DNA of 32,000 bases from Candidatus Brocadia sp. (GCA_021650915.1 CP091279.1:3120001-3152000), one strand, 5' to 3'; counted from the first letter of the stretch, positions 1 through 9,327 are shown. The notes: generated from the letters alone by a model not told the origin. Numbers and translations: made by a program.

Positions 1-468
1 CGGACCATTTCCGTTCTCGGCGCCTCTACTCCGATTCCGATGACGAACTGGAGTCTGTGGTATGTGGACAGCCAGGAGTCGGTAGGGGAGAATGCACCGG
101 CAGTCAATGCCTTTGATGAGAATCCCGGTACGTACTGGCATACGAAATGGTTTCAGGGTTCTGATCCATTGCCCCATGAGATTCAGATAAATCTGGGGGC
201 GGTGTATAATGTCAGTGGTTTCAGATATTTACCGCGCACAGATGATGAGGATAATGGCCGGATTAAGCACTGGGAGTTCTACGTGAGTATGGATGGGACG
301 AATTGGGAGAGTGCAGTGGCTACGGGGATTTTTGTTAATGATGCCCTGGAAAAGGAGGTCTTTTTTCCGCAAAAGGCAGGGCAATATGTGCGCCTGAGGG
401 CGTTGTCCGAGGTTAATAATAATCCGTGGACATCCATGGCAGAGATTACCGTATTGCAAAGCCAGTAA
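1..468 (+). CDS. F5/8 type C (discoidin / CBM32-like) domain protein, C-terminal part; 5' end lies outside the window
   Basis: Frame 1 is open from base 1, with no stop before the listed Met at 40, so the gene is cut by the window edge. Discoidin-domain hallmarks are present: NAFDENPGTYWHTKW, FRYLPR, NGRIKHWEFYVSMDGTNW, YVRLRALSE, MAEITVL. Confidence 0.8.
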   Translation, partial: RTISVLGASTPIPMTNWSLWYVDSQESVGENAPAVNAFDENPGTYWHTKWFQGSDPLPHEIQINLGAVYNVSGFRYLPRTDDEDNGRIKHWEFYVSMDGTNWESAVATGIFVNDALEKEVFFPQKAGQYVRLRALSEVNNNPWTSMAEITVLQSQ

Positions 469-537
469 TCACCCTTTTGCCGAAGGGATTAGTTCAGGCA
501 TTTATACTGATTGCTTTGGTGAACGCATAAAGAAAGC

Positions 538-580
538 CATCCCTGTCAGGGTATAAAACCCCGACAGGGATGATTTGCTA
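538..580 (+). terminator. Rho-independent terminator candidate after the discoidin-domain gene
   Basis: catccctgtcagggt / accccgacagggatg forms a 15-bp stem with one mismatch and an ataaa loop, followed by atttgct. It lies 70 nt after the stop at 468. Confidence 0.6.
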
Positions 581-1184
581 ATCTCATGCTTTGGATCGTA
601 TTGTTTCCGGCCTGTTCTGGTTTGGTTGCCATTCGGCGTATTTTCAAATCCCACCGGGATTTTTTCTCTTCCGTATTCTTTTTCGTTTCATTTCATTGCA
701 GCAGTTCTGAGGTAACCATTATTATTTTTACTCTCTCTTCGAAGGTTTCCAATAAATCACCGGCTTCTTATGGAAGGGGTAAATCAGGATACGCTGGAGA
801 ATCAATTTGCAGTTGATAAATACCGTAACAAACATTACAATCTTCCATACGCCGATATTCAGTTGGAGTCAAATCCCGCAAATAATCTTCATGATTGTTT
901 AGTATAGCTCATATGGTTTTTCAGAAGCGTACCATAAATAACCCAGTGTCGCCCACCGCAGCAAACCTCACCTCTTATTTGACTGAACTTACGAAGAAGT
1001 AAGGAGGAAGTAAAAAAATATGAAATAAGAAAGATTGAGCACTGCAAAACGATAGGAAAGTAATTTTAATCAGGGTAAATTTGTTTTATACGGGCATGGA
1101 TTCCCTTCAAACCAAGAATATCTCTTGTGGAGGTTTTAAAAAAAAGATACTTTACCGATTATCATCAGGACGATTTTTTAAAAT

Positions 1185-2420
1185 ATGAAAATTAAACTTA
1201 CAAAAGAGACAGTTTTTTTCCCGTTAGGAATAGTATTTATTTTTGCTGGCATAATTTGTAATACCTGGTTACTTGCCCGGTTTAGCCCTGACGGCATCTT
1301 TGATTTCTCAACAAAATTAAAAATCTGGATTATCGAAGTTTTTTGTATTGCGGTTGGTTTCTGCCTTATCAAATATAGATCTTCCATTAAACTGCCCAGA
1401 TATCGGGAAATACTATTTTCCTTCGTAACGTTTCTCTTGTTTATCCTTCTTTTCGAAGGGGGATTACGGGTTTTTTATTTCATTAAACATAAGACAAAAG
1501 AGAGCGAGATGGACTTTGCAGATTATCTTGGTTGGGAAAGTACTCCGGATAATTTCTGGAAGCGGGAGGTCAAAGGATACGGAGAGATAAAATATTCCAC
1601 GACAAGATATGGTTTTCGGGTATTTGGTGATGTTGATAGCAAAAAAACGAAAATATTTGTTATTGGGGATTCATTTACCCAGGGTACGACAGTTTCTGAC
1701 GGAGAAACCTATTATGATTATTTAAGAAAAAGCAATGAAGATATCGAAATATTTACTTATGCCTGTGGCGGATATGGTTCATTGCAGGAGTATATGATCC
1801 TTGACAAATACTATGATGTAATTAAGCCGCACGTAATTCTGTGGCAGTTTTGCAGCAACGACATCATTAATAATGACTTTGATCTTGAATCTGCCAGTTT
1901 TCGAAACAACAATCAAATGAGAAGGCCGTACCTGCAGGATGGCAAAATTAAATGGTTATATCCAAAGCAAAAGAGCGGGTGGTTAGTTCAAACTTCGTAT
2001 TTATTGCGCCTCCTGGACATTAAAATGAATATCCTGAGAGCAGAAAAATATGGTTCCATAGAAGACACCTTATCAAATACGCACCCCTTATTTATAAGGG
2101 CTGCAAAGACTACCGGCGAAATAATGAGCTCGGTGAAAAAGAGGGCATCTGATGTCCCAATAGTAGCCTTCTCAACGGATAAACCAACATGGTTAGGGGA
2201 TACCTATTTTGAAATTTGCGAAAAGAATGGTATACATTATATTCCTGGTATACCAGAAGCCATGGAGGAGGCGAAACGGAATGGTATAATCATTGATTAT
2301 CCACCGTATGATGCACACTGGAATAAAATTGGTCATGTAATTGCCGGAAAAATTATTCTCAAGTATTTCATTGAAAATAAATTTATTCATTCCTCACCAG
2401 TAAAGATTCAATGGGAATAG
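1185..2420 (+). CDS. Membrane-anchored SGNH/GDSL-family hydrolase (AlgX/AlgJ-like O-acyl esterase/transferase)
   Basis: N-terminal hydrophobic helices. SGNH blocks readable: FVIGDSFTQG (block I GDS), CGGYGS (block II), CSNDIINN (block III), PYDAHWN (block V DxxH, also the DxHW motif of AlgJ/AlgX). Confidence 0.7.
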   Translation: MKIKLTKETVFFPLGIVFIFAGIICNTWLLARFSPDGIFDFSTKLKIWIIEVFCIAVGFCLIKYRSSIKLPRYREILFSFVTFLLFILLFEGGLRVFYFIKHKTKESEMDFADYLGWESTPDNFWKREVKGYGEIKYSTTRYGFRVFGDVDSKKTKIFVIGDSFTQGTTVSDGETYYDYLRKSNEDIEIFTYACGGYGSLQEYMILDKYYDVIKPHVILWQFCSNDIINNDFDLESASFRNNNQMRRPYLQDGKIKWLYPKQKSGWLVQTSYLLRLLDIKMNILRAEKYGSIEDTLSNTHPLFIRAAKTTGEIMSSVKKRASDVPIVAFSTDKPTWLGDTYFEICEKNGIHYIPGIPEAMEEAKRNGIIIDYPPYDAHWNKIGHVIAGKIILKYFIENKFIHSSPVKIQWE

Positions 2421-2483
2421 ATAATTTTTTTGTTTCGTACAAAGGATAAAGGAACACAAATTCTGTTGCCATGGAGAGAAGGC

Positions 2484-4301
2484 ATGAACATTTTAGGAAT
2501 CTCGGCATTTTATCACGATAGTGCGGCTTGTCTGGTTCAGGACGGCCGAATTGTATCTGCTGCACAAGAGGAACGTTTTACCCGAAAAAAGCACGACTTT
2601 TCTTTTCCAACGAATGCAATACAGTACTGTTTGCAGGAAAGCGGATTGAAAGTAGAGGATCTGGATTTTGTCGCCTTTTATGATAAGCCTTTTCTCAAGT
2701 TTGAGCGTATCCTGATGACCTATCTTGCCTATGCACCCGTTGGAATTCGGTCGTTTATTAAGGCGATGCCGTTATGGATAAAGCAGAAAATCTGGATGAA
2801 GGAGTTTATTAAAAAAGAGCTCGATTTTGCGGGCAAGATCATCTTTCCCGAGCATCACGAATCACATGCCGCGTCCGCCTTTTTTCCTTCGCCCTTTCAG
2901 GAGGCTGCCGTTCTTACCCTGGATGGGGTTGGCGAATGGGCGACTACAAGCTATGGAATCGGTAAAGATAATAAAATAGATATTCTTGCAGAAATTCATT
3001 TTCCCCATTCTTTGGGTCTGCTGTATTCAGCGTTTACCTATTATACGGGATTTAAGGTCAATTCTGGTGAATACAAGGTGATGGGGTTGGCGCCCTATGG
3101 GGAGCCAAAGTACAAGGGTATCATCCTCTCTGAGTTGATGGATTTGAAGGAAGACGGCTCTTTTAAACTGAATATGAAATACTTTAATTATTGTGCAGGC
3201 TTAACCATGACAAACAAAAGGTTCGATAAGTTATTTGGTGGTCCGCCCCGAAAACCGGAATCGTTATTGACCCAGCGCGAGATGGATTTGGCCCGTTCTG
3301 TGCAGGAAGTAACGGAAGAAGTGATGATGCGTGTTACGCGGCATGTTTACAAGGAGACGGGTCAAAAAAATCTCTGTATGGCAGGTGGCGTGGCGTTGAA
3401 TTGCGTCGGCAACGGAAAGATTGTGCGGGAAGGGCCTTTTGAGAATATCTGGATACAACCTTCCGCTGGTGACGCAGGTGGTGCGCTGGGAGCGGCAATG
3501 TTTGTATGGTATCAATATCTGGAAAATAAGAGAACCGCAGATAACAAAAAAGATTTTCAGCGCGGGTCGTATCTTGGTCCCGAGTATGAGGACAAATCTA
3601 TATCCGATTATCTAAGGAAAAACAAGATACCGTTTACTGAAATCTCGAATGAAGACATCCCGGAAAAAATTGCAGATTTAATTGCGGAGCAAAAGGTTAT
3701 TGGCTGGTTTCAGGGCCGGATGGAGTTTGGCCCCAGGGCGCTGGGGAGCCGGTCGATTATTGGAGATGCGCGTTCTCCGAAAATGCAGGAAGTGATGAAT
3801 CTGAAGACAAAATTTCGTGAAAGCTTCCGTCCCTTTGCCCCATCAGTGATAAAAGAGAGGGTTTCCGACTTCTTTGAGTTCGATAAGGAAAGCCCTTATA
3901 TGCTCTTGGTTGCGCCCGTAAAAAAAGAGATTCGACGGGAGATGTCGGAAGAAGAGGTAAAGCTCTTCGGTATTGACAAATTGAATGTCGTCCGTTCCAG
4001 TATCCCTGCGGTTACCCATATCGATTACTCGGCGCGGATTCAGACGGTTGATAAGGATGTTAATCCTTTATTTTATCGTACGATAGCGGCATTTGATAAA
4101 AAGTACGGCTGTCCGGTAATTATTAATACATCCTTTAATGTCAGGGGTGAACCGATTGTATGTACCCCGGAAGATGCATATCTGTGTTTTATGAGAACAA
4201 ATATGGATTACCTGATTCTGGGTAACTTTTTAATCGAAAAGAAAGAGCAAAAACCGCTGGACAAAGACATCGACTGGCTCAAGAAATATGAGCTGGATTA
4301 G
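2484..4301 (+). CDS. Carbamoyltransferase, NodU/CmcH family
   Basis: MNILGISAFYHDSAACLVQDGRIVSAAQEERFTRKKHD is the canonical N-terminus of this family. The C-terminal INTSFNVRGEPIVCTPEDA motif is present. I prefer ATG 2484, preceded by ggagagaagg, over the ORF-track start at 2430. Confidence 0.9.
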   Translation: MNILGISAFYHDSAACLVQDGRIVSAAQEERFTRKKHDFSFPTNAIQYCLQESGLKVEDLDFVAFYDKPFLKFERILMTYLAYAPVGIRSFIKAMPLWIKQKIWMKEFIKKELDFAGKIIFPEHHESHAASAFFPSPFQEAAVLTLDGVGEWATTSYGIGKDNKIDILAEIHFPHSLGLLYSAFTYYTGFKVNSGEYKVMGLAPYGEPKYKGIILSELMDLKEDGSFKLNMKYFNYCAGLTMTNKRFDKLFGGPPRKPESLLTQREMDLARSVQEVTEEVMMRVTRHVYKETGQKNLCMAGGVALNCVGNGKIVREGPFENIWIQPSAGDAGGALGAAMFVWYQYLENKRTADNKKDFQRGSYLGPEYEDKSISDYLRKNKIPFTEISNEDIPEKIADLIAEQKVIGWFQGRMEFGPRALGSRSIIGDARSPKMQEVMNLKTKFRESFRPFAPSVIKERVSDFFEFDKESPYMLLVAPVKKEIRREMSEEEVKLFGIDKLNVVRSSIPAVTHIDYSARIQTVDKDVNPLFYRTIAAFDKKYGCPVIINTSFNVRGEPIVCTPEDAYLCFMRTNMDYLILGNFLIEKKEQKPLDKDIDWLKKYELD

Positions 4302-4354
4302 AAAATAGTGCCTGCAGAGAACACTCTGGGGCTTAATGACGGAGAGAAAAAGAG

Positions 4355-4771
4355 ATGATTGTGGAAGAACTAAAAAACATCAAAAGCAGCAAGAAAGAAT
4401 TACGGAAATTTGGAATAACCATGGGTGCGGTTCTTGTGGTAATTGGCGGATTACTTTGGTGGCGCGGGAAAGATTATTACTCCTGTCTGTTTATTCCTTC
4501 CGCTGTTTTGTTCTTTCTTGGTTTGATCATTCCCTTTCTCTTAAAACCCGTTCACAAGATGTGGATGGGATTGGCCGTCCTCATGAGTTGGTTTATGACG
4601 CGGGTGATCTTGAGTATATTATTCTATCTTGGACTTACACCCATGGGTTTCGTGGCAAGGCTGTTTGGTAAGGATTTTTTAAGATTAAAATTTGATAAAC
4701 AGGCTACGGATAGCTATTGGATTCTGAAAGAAAAAGGAAAAGATAGGGATACCTATGAAAAACAGTTCTAA
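4355..4771 (+). CDS. SxtJ-like small membrane protein (carbamoyltransferase-associated)
   Basis: 138 aa with an EELKNIKSSKKELRKFG start, three hydrophobic helices and a LFGKDFLRLKFDK tail. It sits directly after a carbamoyltransferase, as in sxtI-sxtJ-type arrangements. The overlapping frame 4336..4671 was rejected. Confidence 0.75.
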   Translation: MIVEELKNIKSSKKELRKFGITMGAVLVVIGGLLWWRGKDYYSCLFIPSAVLFFLGLIIPFLLKPVHKMWMGLAVLMSWFMTRVILSILFYLGLTPMGFVARLFGKDFLRLKFDKQATDSYWILKEKGKDRDTYEKQF

Positions 4772-4789
4772 GTGCCTGAAAAGCTTCGT

Positions 4790-4915
4790 GTGAAAATTAT
4801 TATAGCAAATCTCCTCGTATCTTTTGCGAACTTCTTGGTTTTTCTGGTGACTTTAGAGGTGGTACTCCGCACGACACATCTGTTCGGGGCAAGAATTTCA
4901 TGGTCAGAACCATAA
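4790..4915 (+). pseudogene. Possible orphan N-terminal fragment (41 codons) of an SGNH-type membrane-anchored protein
   Basis: GTG-initiated VKIIIANLLVSFANFLVFLVTLEVVLRTTHLFGARISWSEP* resembles the signal-anchor plus L-E-x-x-L-R motif seen in the 1185 gene (LLFEGGLRVFYF). It then stops abruptly. Confidence 0.25.
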
Positions 4916-5005
4916 CCTGATTTTCCTGGCGCTAACAGGGCATCAATTGAATGAAGATCATGAACTTAATGAATGAACTATTGATATTTCAGAAGGAGGT
5001 AATGA

Positions 5006-5164
5006 ATGGGTAAAATTTCCATTATTAGGGAATTTTGGTCTTTTTTAAGAGTCCGCAAAAAATGGTGGCTGGCGCCGATTGTTATGTTCCTGATACTGCT
5101 GGGTGCATTGATCATTTTTACCCAAGGTTCCGCGCTAGCCCCCTTTATTTACGCACTGTTTTAA
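5006..5164 (+). CDS. DUF5989 / SxtK-like 52-aa membrane protein (below the ORF-track length cutoff)
   Basis: ATG at 5006 is preceded by aggaggt (4994-5000). Translation: MGKISIIREFWSFLRVRKKWWLAPIVMFLILLGALIIFTQGSALAPFIYALF*. The RxRKKWWLxP...GSALAPFIYxLF pattern is the DUF5989 signature, and these proteins accompany carbamoyltransferase/SxtJ pairs. Confidence 0.8.
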   Translation: MGKISIIREFWSFLRVRKKWWLAPIVMFLILLGALIIFTQGSALAPFIYALF

Positions 5165-5376
5165 AGAAGATTATAATAAAAAAACCAAAAAATGCGTTTC
5201 GTAAAACGGGTCTTTTATTGAGTTGATAATTCATTAACTTGGTCTCTGTTTGCTGGAAAAATTTAAAACCATAAATTGCATAATAGGCAAGAATAACAAT
5301 TGCAGTAATTGCGTGTTCTCGATTGTGGCACTTGTGAAAAATAATATTCTAAATAAAATATAATTTGTCTATAACA

Positions 5377-6618
5377 ATGAAAATTCTATTGATTAATAAA
5401 TCTTTATACCCCAAAGGTGGTGATGCCATAAGTACCATTACTACAGGTAATTTATTATATTCTAAAGGTCATGAGGTTATGTTTTGGGGAATGGCACATC
5501 CTTTAAACCCAGAATATCCATATAAAGACTGTTTTGTTTCTTGTATTGATTTCAACGATCCGGGAACTGTGAAAAATCAAATAAAGATGGCCGTGAACAT
5601 GCTTTATTCATTCGAAGCAAAAAAAAATATTGAAAAACTTATGAAAATTGAAAGACCGGATATTGTACATCTTAATAATTTTGCACATCAGATATCGCCA
5701 TCGATTTTGCATGTATTTAAAAAATACAAAATTCCTGTTGTAATGACAATGCGCGACTATAAATTAATATGCCCTACGTATACCATGGTATTAAATGATA
5801 AGCCTTGTGAAAGGTGTAGAAATGGAAGGTACTATCAATGCTCTATTAATAAATGTACAAAAAATTCTCTTCTTAAAAGTTTACTTAATACCATGGAAAT
5901 GTACCTGCATCATAATATTATGCATATTTATGATTTGATAGATGTTTATATTTCGCCAAGTAAATTCCTAAAATCAAAGTGTGAGGAGATGGGATTTAAA
6001 GGAAAGATTGTTTATCTGCCGAATTTTGTAAGGGTTGAAGACTTTAATCCACAATATGATTGGCTGGAGAGCTCAATCGTCTATTTTGGACGATTGTCTG
6101 AAGAAAAAGGGTTATTTACTTTAATTGAGGCAGTAAAAGATATTCAAGGTATTACTTTAAAAATTATTGGTGAAGGACCTCTAAGAGAACGTTTGGAGTT
6201 GGAGGTTAGAAATAGTGGGATAAGAAATATAGAATTCTTAGGATATAAAGGTGGGAAAGAATTAAAGGAAGAGATAAGAAAGGCTATGTTTGTGGTGTAT
6301 CCATCCGAATGGTATGAAAATAATCCACGATCAATCATTGAAGGTTTTGCCCTTGGTAAGCCTGCTCTTGGTGCAAGGATAGGAGGTATTCCTGAATTAG
6401 TAAAAGACAATGAAACTGGGGTAACTTTTGAATCCGGAAATGGAGAGGATTTGAAAGCGAAAATTGAATACTTAAGAAAAAACCCGAATAAAATTGTAGA
6501 GATGGGAAAAACCGCCAGGGTTTTTGTTGAACAGGAATTGAATGATGAAAAGCATTACGAGAAATTGATGGAAATTTATCAGAAGACGCTTGAAGGAAAT
6601 TACGCCATGTCCACCTAA
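5377..6618 (+). CDS. Glycosyltransferase family 4 with Cys-rich insertion
   Basis: MKILLINKSLYPKGG start and the C-terminal GT-B motif PSEWYENNPRSIIEGFALGKPALGARIGGIPELVKDNETG (E-x7-E region). Cys cluster: CPTYTMVLNDKPCERCRNGRYYQCSINKC. ATG 5377 is preferred over TTG 5365. Confidence 0.85.
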   Translation: MKILLINKSLYPKGGDAISTITTGNLLYSKGHEVMFWGMAHPLNPEYPYKDCFVSCIDFNDPGTVKNQIKMAVNMLYSFEAKKNIEKLMKIERPDIVHLNNFAHQISPSILHVFKKYKIPVVMTMRDYKLICPTYTMVLNDKPCERCRNGRYYQCSINKCTKNSLLKSLLNTMEMYLHHNIMHIYDLIDVYISPSKFLKSKCEEMGFKGKIVYLPNFVRVEDFNPQYDWLESSIVYFGRLSEEKGLFTLIEAVKDIQGITLKIIGEGPLRERLELEVRNSGIRNIEFLGYKGGKELKEEIRKAMFVVYPSEWYENNPRSIIEGFALGKPALGARIGGIPELVKDNETGVTFESGNGEDLKAKIEYLRKNPNKIVEMGKTARVFVEQELNDEKHYEKLMEIYQKTLEGNYAMST

Positions 6619-6724
6619 GAGAATAGTATGGATGTTCTGTGTCTTGTGAAGGTAAATTTTTGCTATGGGTTTTGGTGGTTGCTCTAGTTATACGAATGTA
6701 ACATAAAACAGAAGGAAAAGGTAA

Positions 6725-7705
6725 ATGGAAGCAGCTATTATTACAACGTATAGATGTCCAAATAAGTGCCACATGTGTAATGTCTGGAAGTATCCCACAA
6801 AACGAGAAGAGGAATTTAGGCCATCCATTTTAGAAAAACTGCCTCAGCTTGATTTTGCGAATGTTACCGGTGGGGAGCCATTCGTAAGAGAAGATATTGA
6901 TGAGATCGTTCATACTTTGGGGAAAAAGGCAAAAAGAATTGTGATAAGTACGAGTGGATTTTTTACGGAAAAGATTCTGGATATCGCCAGAAAAAACAAG
7001 AATATTGGTATAAGAATAAGCATTGAAGGTTTGCCCGCTGCAAATGATGAACTCAGGGGAGTTAAGGATGGATTTGACCATGGACTAAGGACGTTACTTG
7101 AACTCCAAAGAATGGGGATTAAGGATATAGGATTTGGTATTACTGTTTCAGATAGAAATGCCAGGGATATGATCGAGCTATATCAATTAGCTAAAGGAAT
7201 GAATGTTGAATTTGCAACAGCTGCCGTACATAATTCTTTCTATTTTCACAAATACGATAATCAGATAACGAAAAAAGACGAAGCTATTGCCTGCTTCGAG
7301 GCGCTGATAAGGGATTTGTTAAAAGGGAAACGAATCAAAAACTGGTACCGTGCCTATTTTAATTACGGATTGATTAATTATATAAAAGGAAACAAGCGGT
7401 TGCTTCCCTGTGAGGCAGGGAGTGAAAATTTTTTTTTAGACCCCTGGGGTGAGATTAGACCCTGCAATGGAATGGAAGAAACTTGTTGGTTTGATAGTAT
7501 GGGGAATCTCAACAAAGAATCCTTCGAAGAAATATGGAATGGAGAGAGAGCAAGACAGGTAAGAGAAAAGGTTAAAACCTGTCCCAAGAACTGCTGGATG
7601 ATTGGTACTGCAGCGCCAGTTATGAAGAAATATTTTATAAAGCCAACATCCTGGATAATACAAAACAAGATCAGGATGATAATGGGAAAATGCCCTGAGG
7701 TATAG
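6725..7705 (+). CDS. Radical SAM enzyme with C-terminal SPASM/twitch-like Cys cluster
   Basis: CPNKCHMCNVW (CxxxCxxC) at residues 11-18 and GGEPF. C-terminal LPCEAGSENFFLDPWGEIRPCNG ... CPKNCW auxiliary-cluster pattern. Confidence 0.8.
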   Translation: MEAAIITTYRCPNKCHMCNVWKYPTKREEEFRPSILEKLPQLDFANVTGGEPFVREDIDEIVHTLGKKAKRIVISTSGFFTEKILDIARKNKNIGIRISIEGLPAANDELRGVKDGFDHGLRTLLELQRMGIKDIGFGITVSDRNARDMIELYQLAKGMNVEFATAAVHNSFYFHKYDNQITKKDEAIACFEALIRDLLKGKRIKNWYRAYFNYGLINYIKGNKRLLPCEAGSENFFLDPWGEIRPCNGMEETCWFDSMGNLNKESFEEIWNGERARQVREKVKTCPKNCWMIGTAAPVMKKYFIKPTSWIIQNKIRMIMGKCPEV

Positions 7706-7926
7706 AACATAATCCTTTGTAATTCGAGAGTTATAAGTTTGTGCAATAACTTAAATTCTCAATTTATTCTCTTGTCTTTTTTGTATATTGGGTAAATTTT
7801 GAATATTTCTCCTCTGTCTCAATAGGTAAACGTACAAAAATATGGCAATGCCCCATCCGCTTTTACACAGGTTTTAATCATAATCCACTGACTTGGCGGA
7901 AAATTTTATTTGTACTGATTTTTGCA

Positions 7927-9096
7927 ATGCGCGATTATATCGATCACAAACCCATGGCCAAACTTAAAATCGTTGTCCTGGGAACCCGTGGTTTTCCTAA
8001 TGTTCAGGGTGGAGTGGAAGAACATTGCAGGAATTTATACCCTCGTTTAGTGAAGCGCGGCTGCGATGTCGTTGTGCTTACCAGAAAGCCCTATGTTGAT
8101 CCAAATCTTGCAACATACGAAGATGTTCATTTAATCCCTCTGTCCTGTCCAAAGAATAAATTCCTTGAAGCGTTTACCCATACGTTTCTTGGAATTTTTT
8201 TCGCAAAAAAGATGCATCCCGATCTCATTCATGTTCACGCAGTTGGACCAGCCCTGTTTATACCGGTTGCCCGTTTTCTAGGATTAAAAGTGGTAATGAC
8301 AAATCACGGGCCCGATTATCAAAGAAAGAAGTGGAATAAACTGGCAAAAATGAGCTTAAAACTTGGTGAAAGGTTAGGTAGTCGATGGGCAAATGCTATA
8401 ATTTGTATTTCCGAATCGATTGCTGAAGCTATTAGAAAGGAATATAATCGTGAGGTAACAGTTATTCCTAATGGCGTAACGATACCGGAAGTCTTACAAA
8501 CAGATGATACTCTCAGAAAATATGGTTTGCAAAAAGGGAAGTATATCCTTGCCGTTGGCCGTCTCGTTCCGGAAAAAGGCTTCCATGATCTGATGGATGC
8601 GTTTAACTATTTTCAACCCCCAAAGTATCAATTTCTGAATGATGGCTGGAAATTGGCTATCGTTGGTAGCGCCGACCATGAAGATCAATATAGCCTTGAT
8701 TTAAAAGAAAAGGCGAGAAAAAACTGCGATATTGTTTTAACAGGATTTTTAGCGGGAAAATCGTTATCGGAGTTATACAGCCATGCAGGCCTTTTTGTTT
8801 TACCTTCTTATCATGAAGGACTACCCATTGTTTTACTTGAGGCGATGATTTACGGTTTATCCTGTATTGCTTCTGATATACCAGCCAATCGAAACGTGGA
8901 ATTATCTGAGAACAGGTTCTTTAAGGTAGGAGATCCTGAAGCACTTGCAATAACAATGAAAGAATTTGTTGGGAAACCAACAAATGAAAATGAAAGAAGA
9001 AAACAAATAGATACGATTGCTGAAAAATTTGATTGGGAAAAGATAGCAGAAAAGACACTGAAAGTATTTACGGATGCAATTGGAGGCAAAAAGTAA
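7927..9096 (+). CDS. Glycosyltransferase family 4 with DUF1972-type N-terminus
   Basis: KIVVLGTRGFPNVQGGVEEHCRNLYPRL (DUF1972-like) and the C-terminal LPSYHEGLPIVLLEAMIYGLSCIASDIPANRNV GT-B motif. An alternative start at ATG 7954 (MAKLKIVVLG) is equally plausible. Confidence 0.8.
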   Translation: MRDYIDHKPMAKLKIVVLGTRGFPNVQGGVEEHCRNLYPRLVKRGCDVVVLTRKPYVDPNLATYEDVHLIPLSCPKNKFLEAFTHTFLGIFFAKKMHPDLIHVHAVGPALFIPVARFLGLKVVMTNHGPDYQRKKWNKLAKMSLKLGERLGSRWANAIICISESIAEAIRKEYNREVTVIPNGVTIPEVLQTDDTLRKYGLQKGKYILAVGRLVPEKGFHDLMDAFNYFQPPKYQFLNDGWKLAIVGSADHEDQYSLDLKEKARKNCDIVLTGFLAGKSLSELYSHAGLFVLPSYHEGLPIVLLEAMIYGLSCIASDIPANRNVELSENRFFKVGDPEALAITMKEFVGKPTNENERRKQIDTIAEKFDWEKIAEKTLKVFTDAIGGKK

Positions 9097-9167
9097 AAGC
9101 ATTATTGAAATTAAGATATTGGTAACACTTTAGTTCTTTAAAAAGGTAACAAGCGATTTTGTATAAT

Positions 9168-9271
9168 ACCTAACACGAACGAGTGGGTTAAAATAACTAT
9201 TTGCTTATTATTGTATACTACGTTTGCAAGTTACTAAAACACAAAACTTTTCCGACTCGTTCGGGTTAGGT
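9168..9271. repeat. 104-bp MITE-like element bounded by 20-bp terminal inverted repeats
   Basis: acctaacacgaacgagtggg (9168-9187) matches the reverse complement of ccgactcgttcgggttaggt (9252-9271) at 18 of 20 positions. The AT-rich 64-bp core has no ORF. The outer 10-11 nt (cctaacccga) resemble the IS1634-like terminal repeat at 9842. Confidence 0.4.
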
Positions 9272-9327
9272 TACATTGTCCTTGATGCTCTGCCTTGAAA
9301 ATCTCTTAACCTCTTCGCATGTCGTCT

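Noticed and set aside
586-816. 76-aa plus-strand ORF, plus short minus-strand reading frames, in the 700-bp gap before the SGNH gene
   Set aside because: The sequence is hydrophobic and low-complexity with no RBS or motifs. The minus strand gives only stop-interrupted fragments (for example HEDYLRDLTPTEYRRMED) with no start codon. This may be a decayed gene, but it cannot be supported.
4336-4671. 111-aa ORF overlapping the SxtJ-like gene in another frame
   Set aside because: The 4355..4771 frame gives a coherent three-helix membrane protein with the expected family features. The alternative frame looks random.
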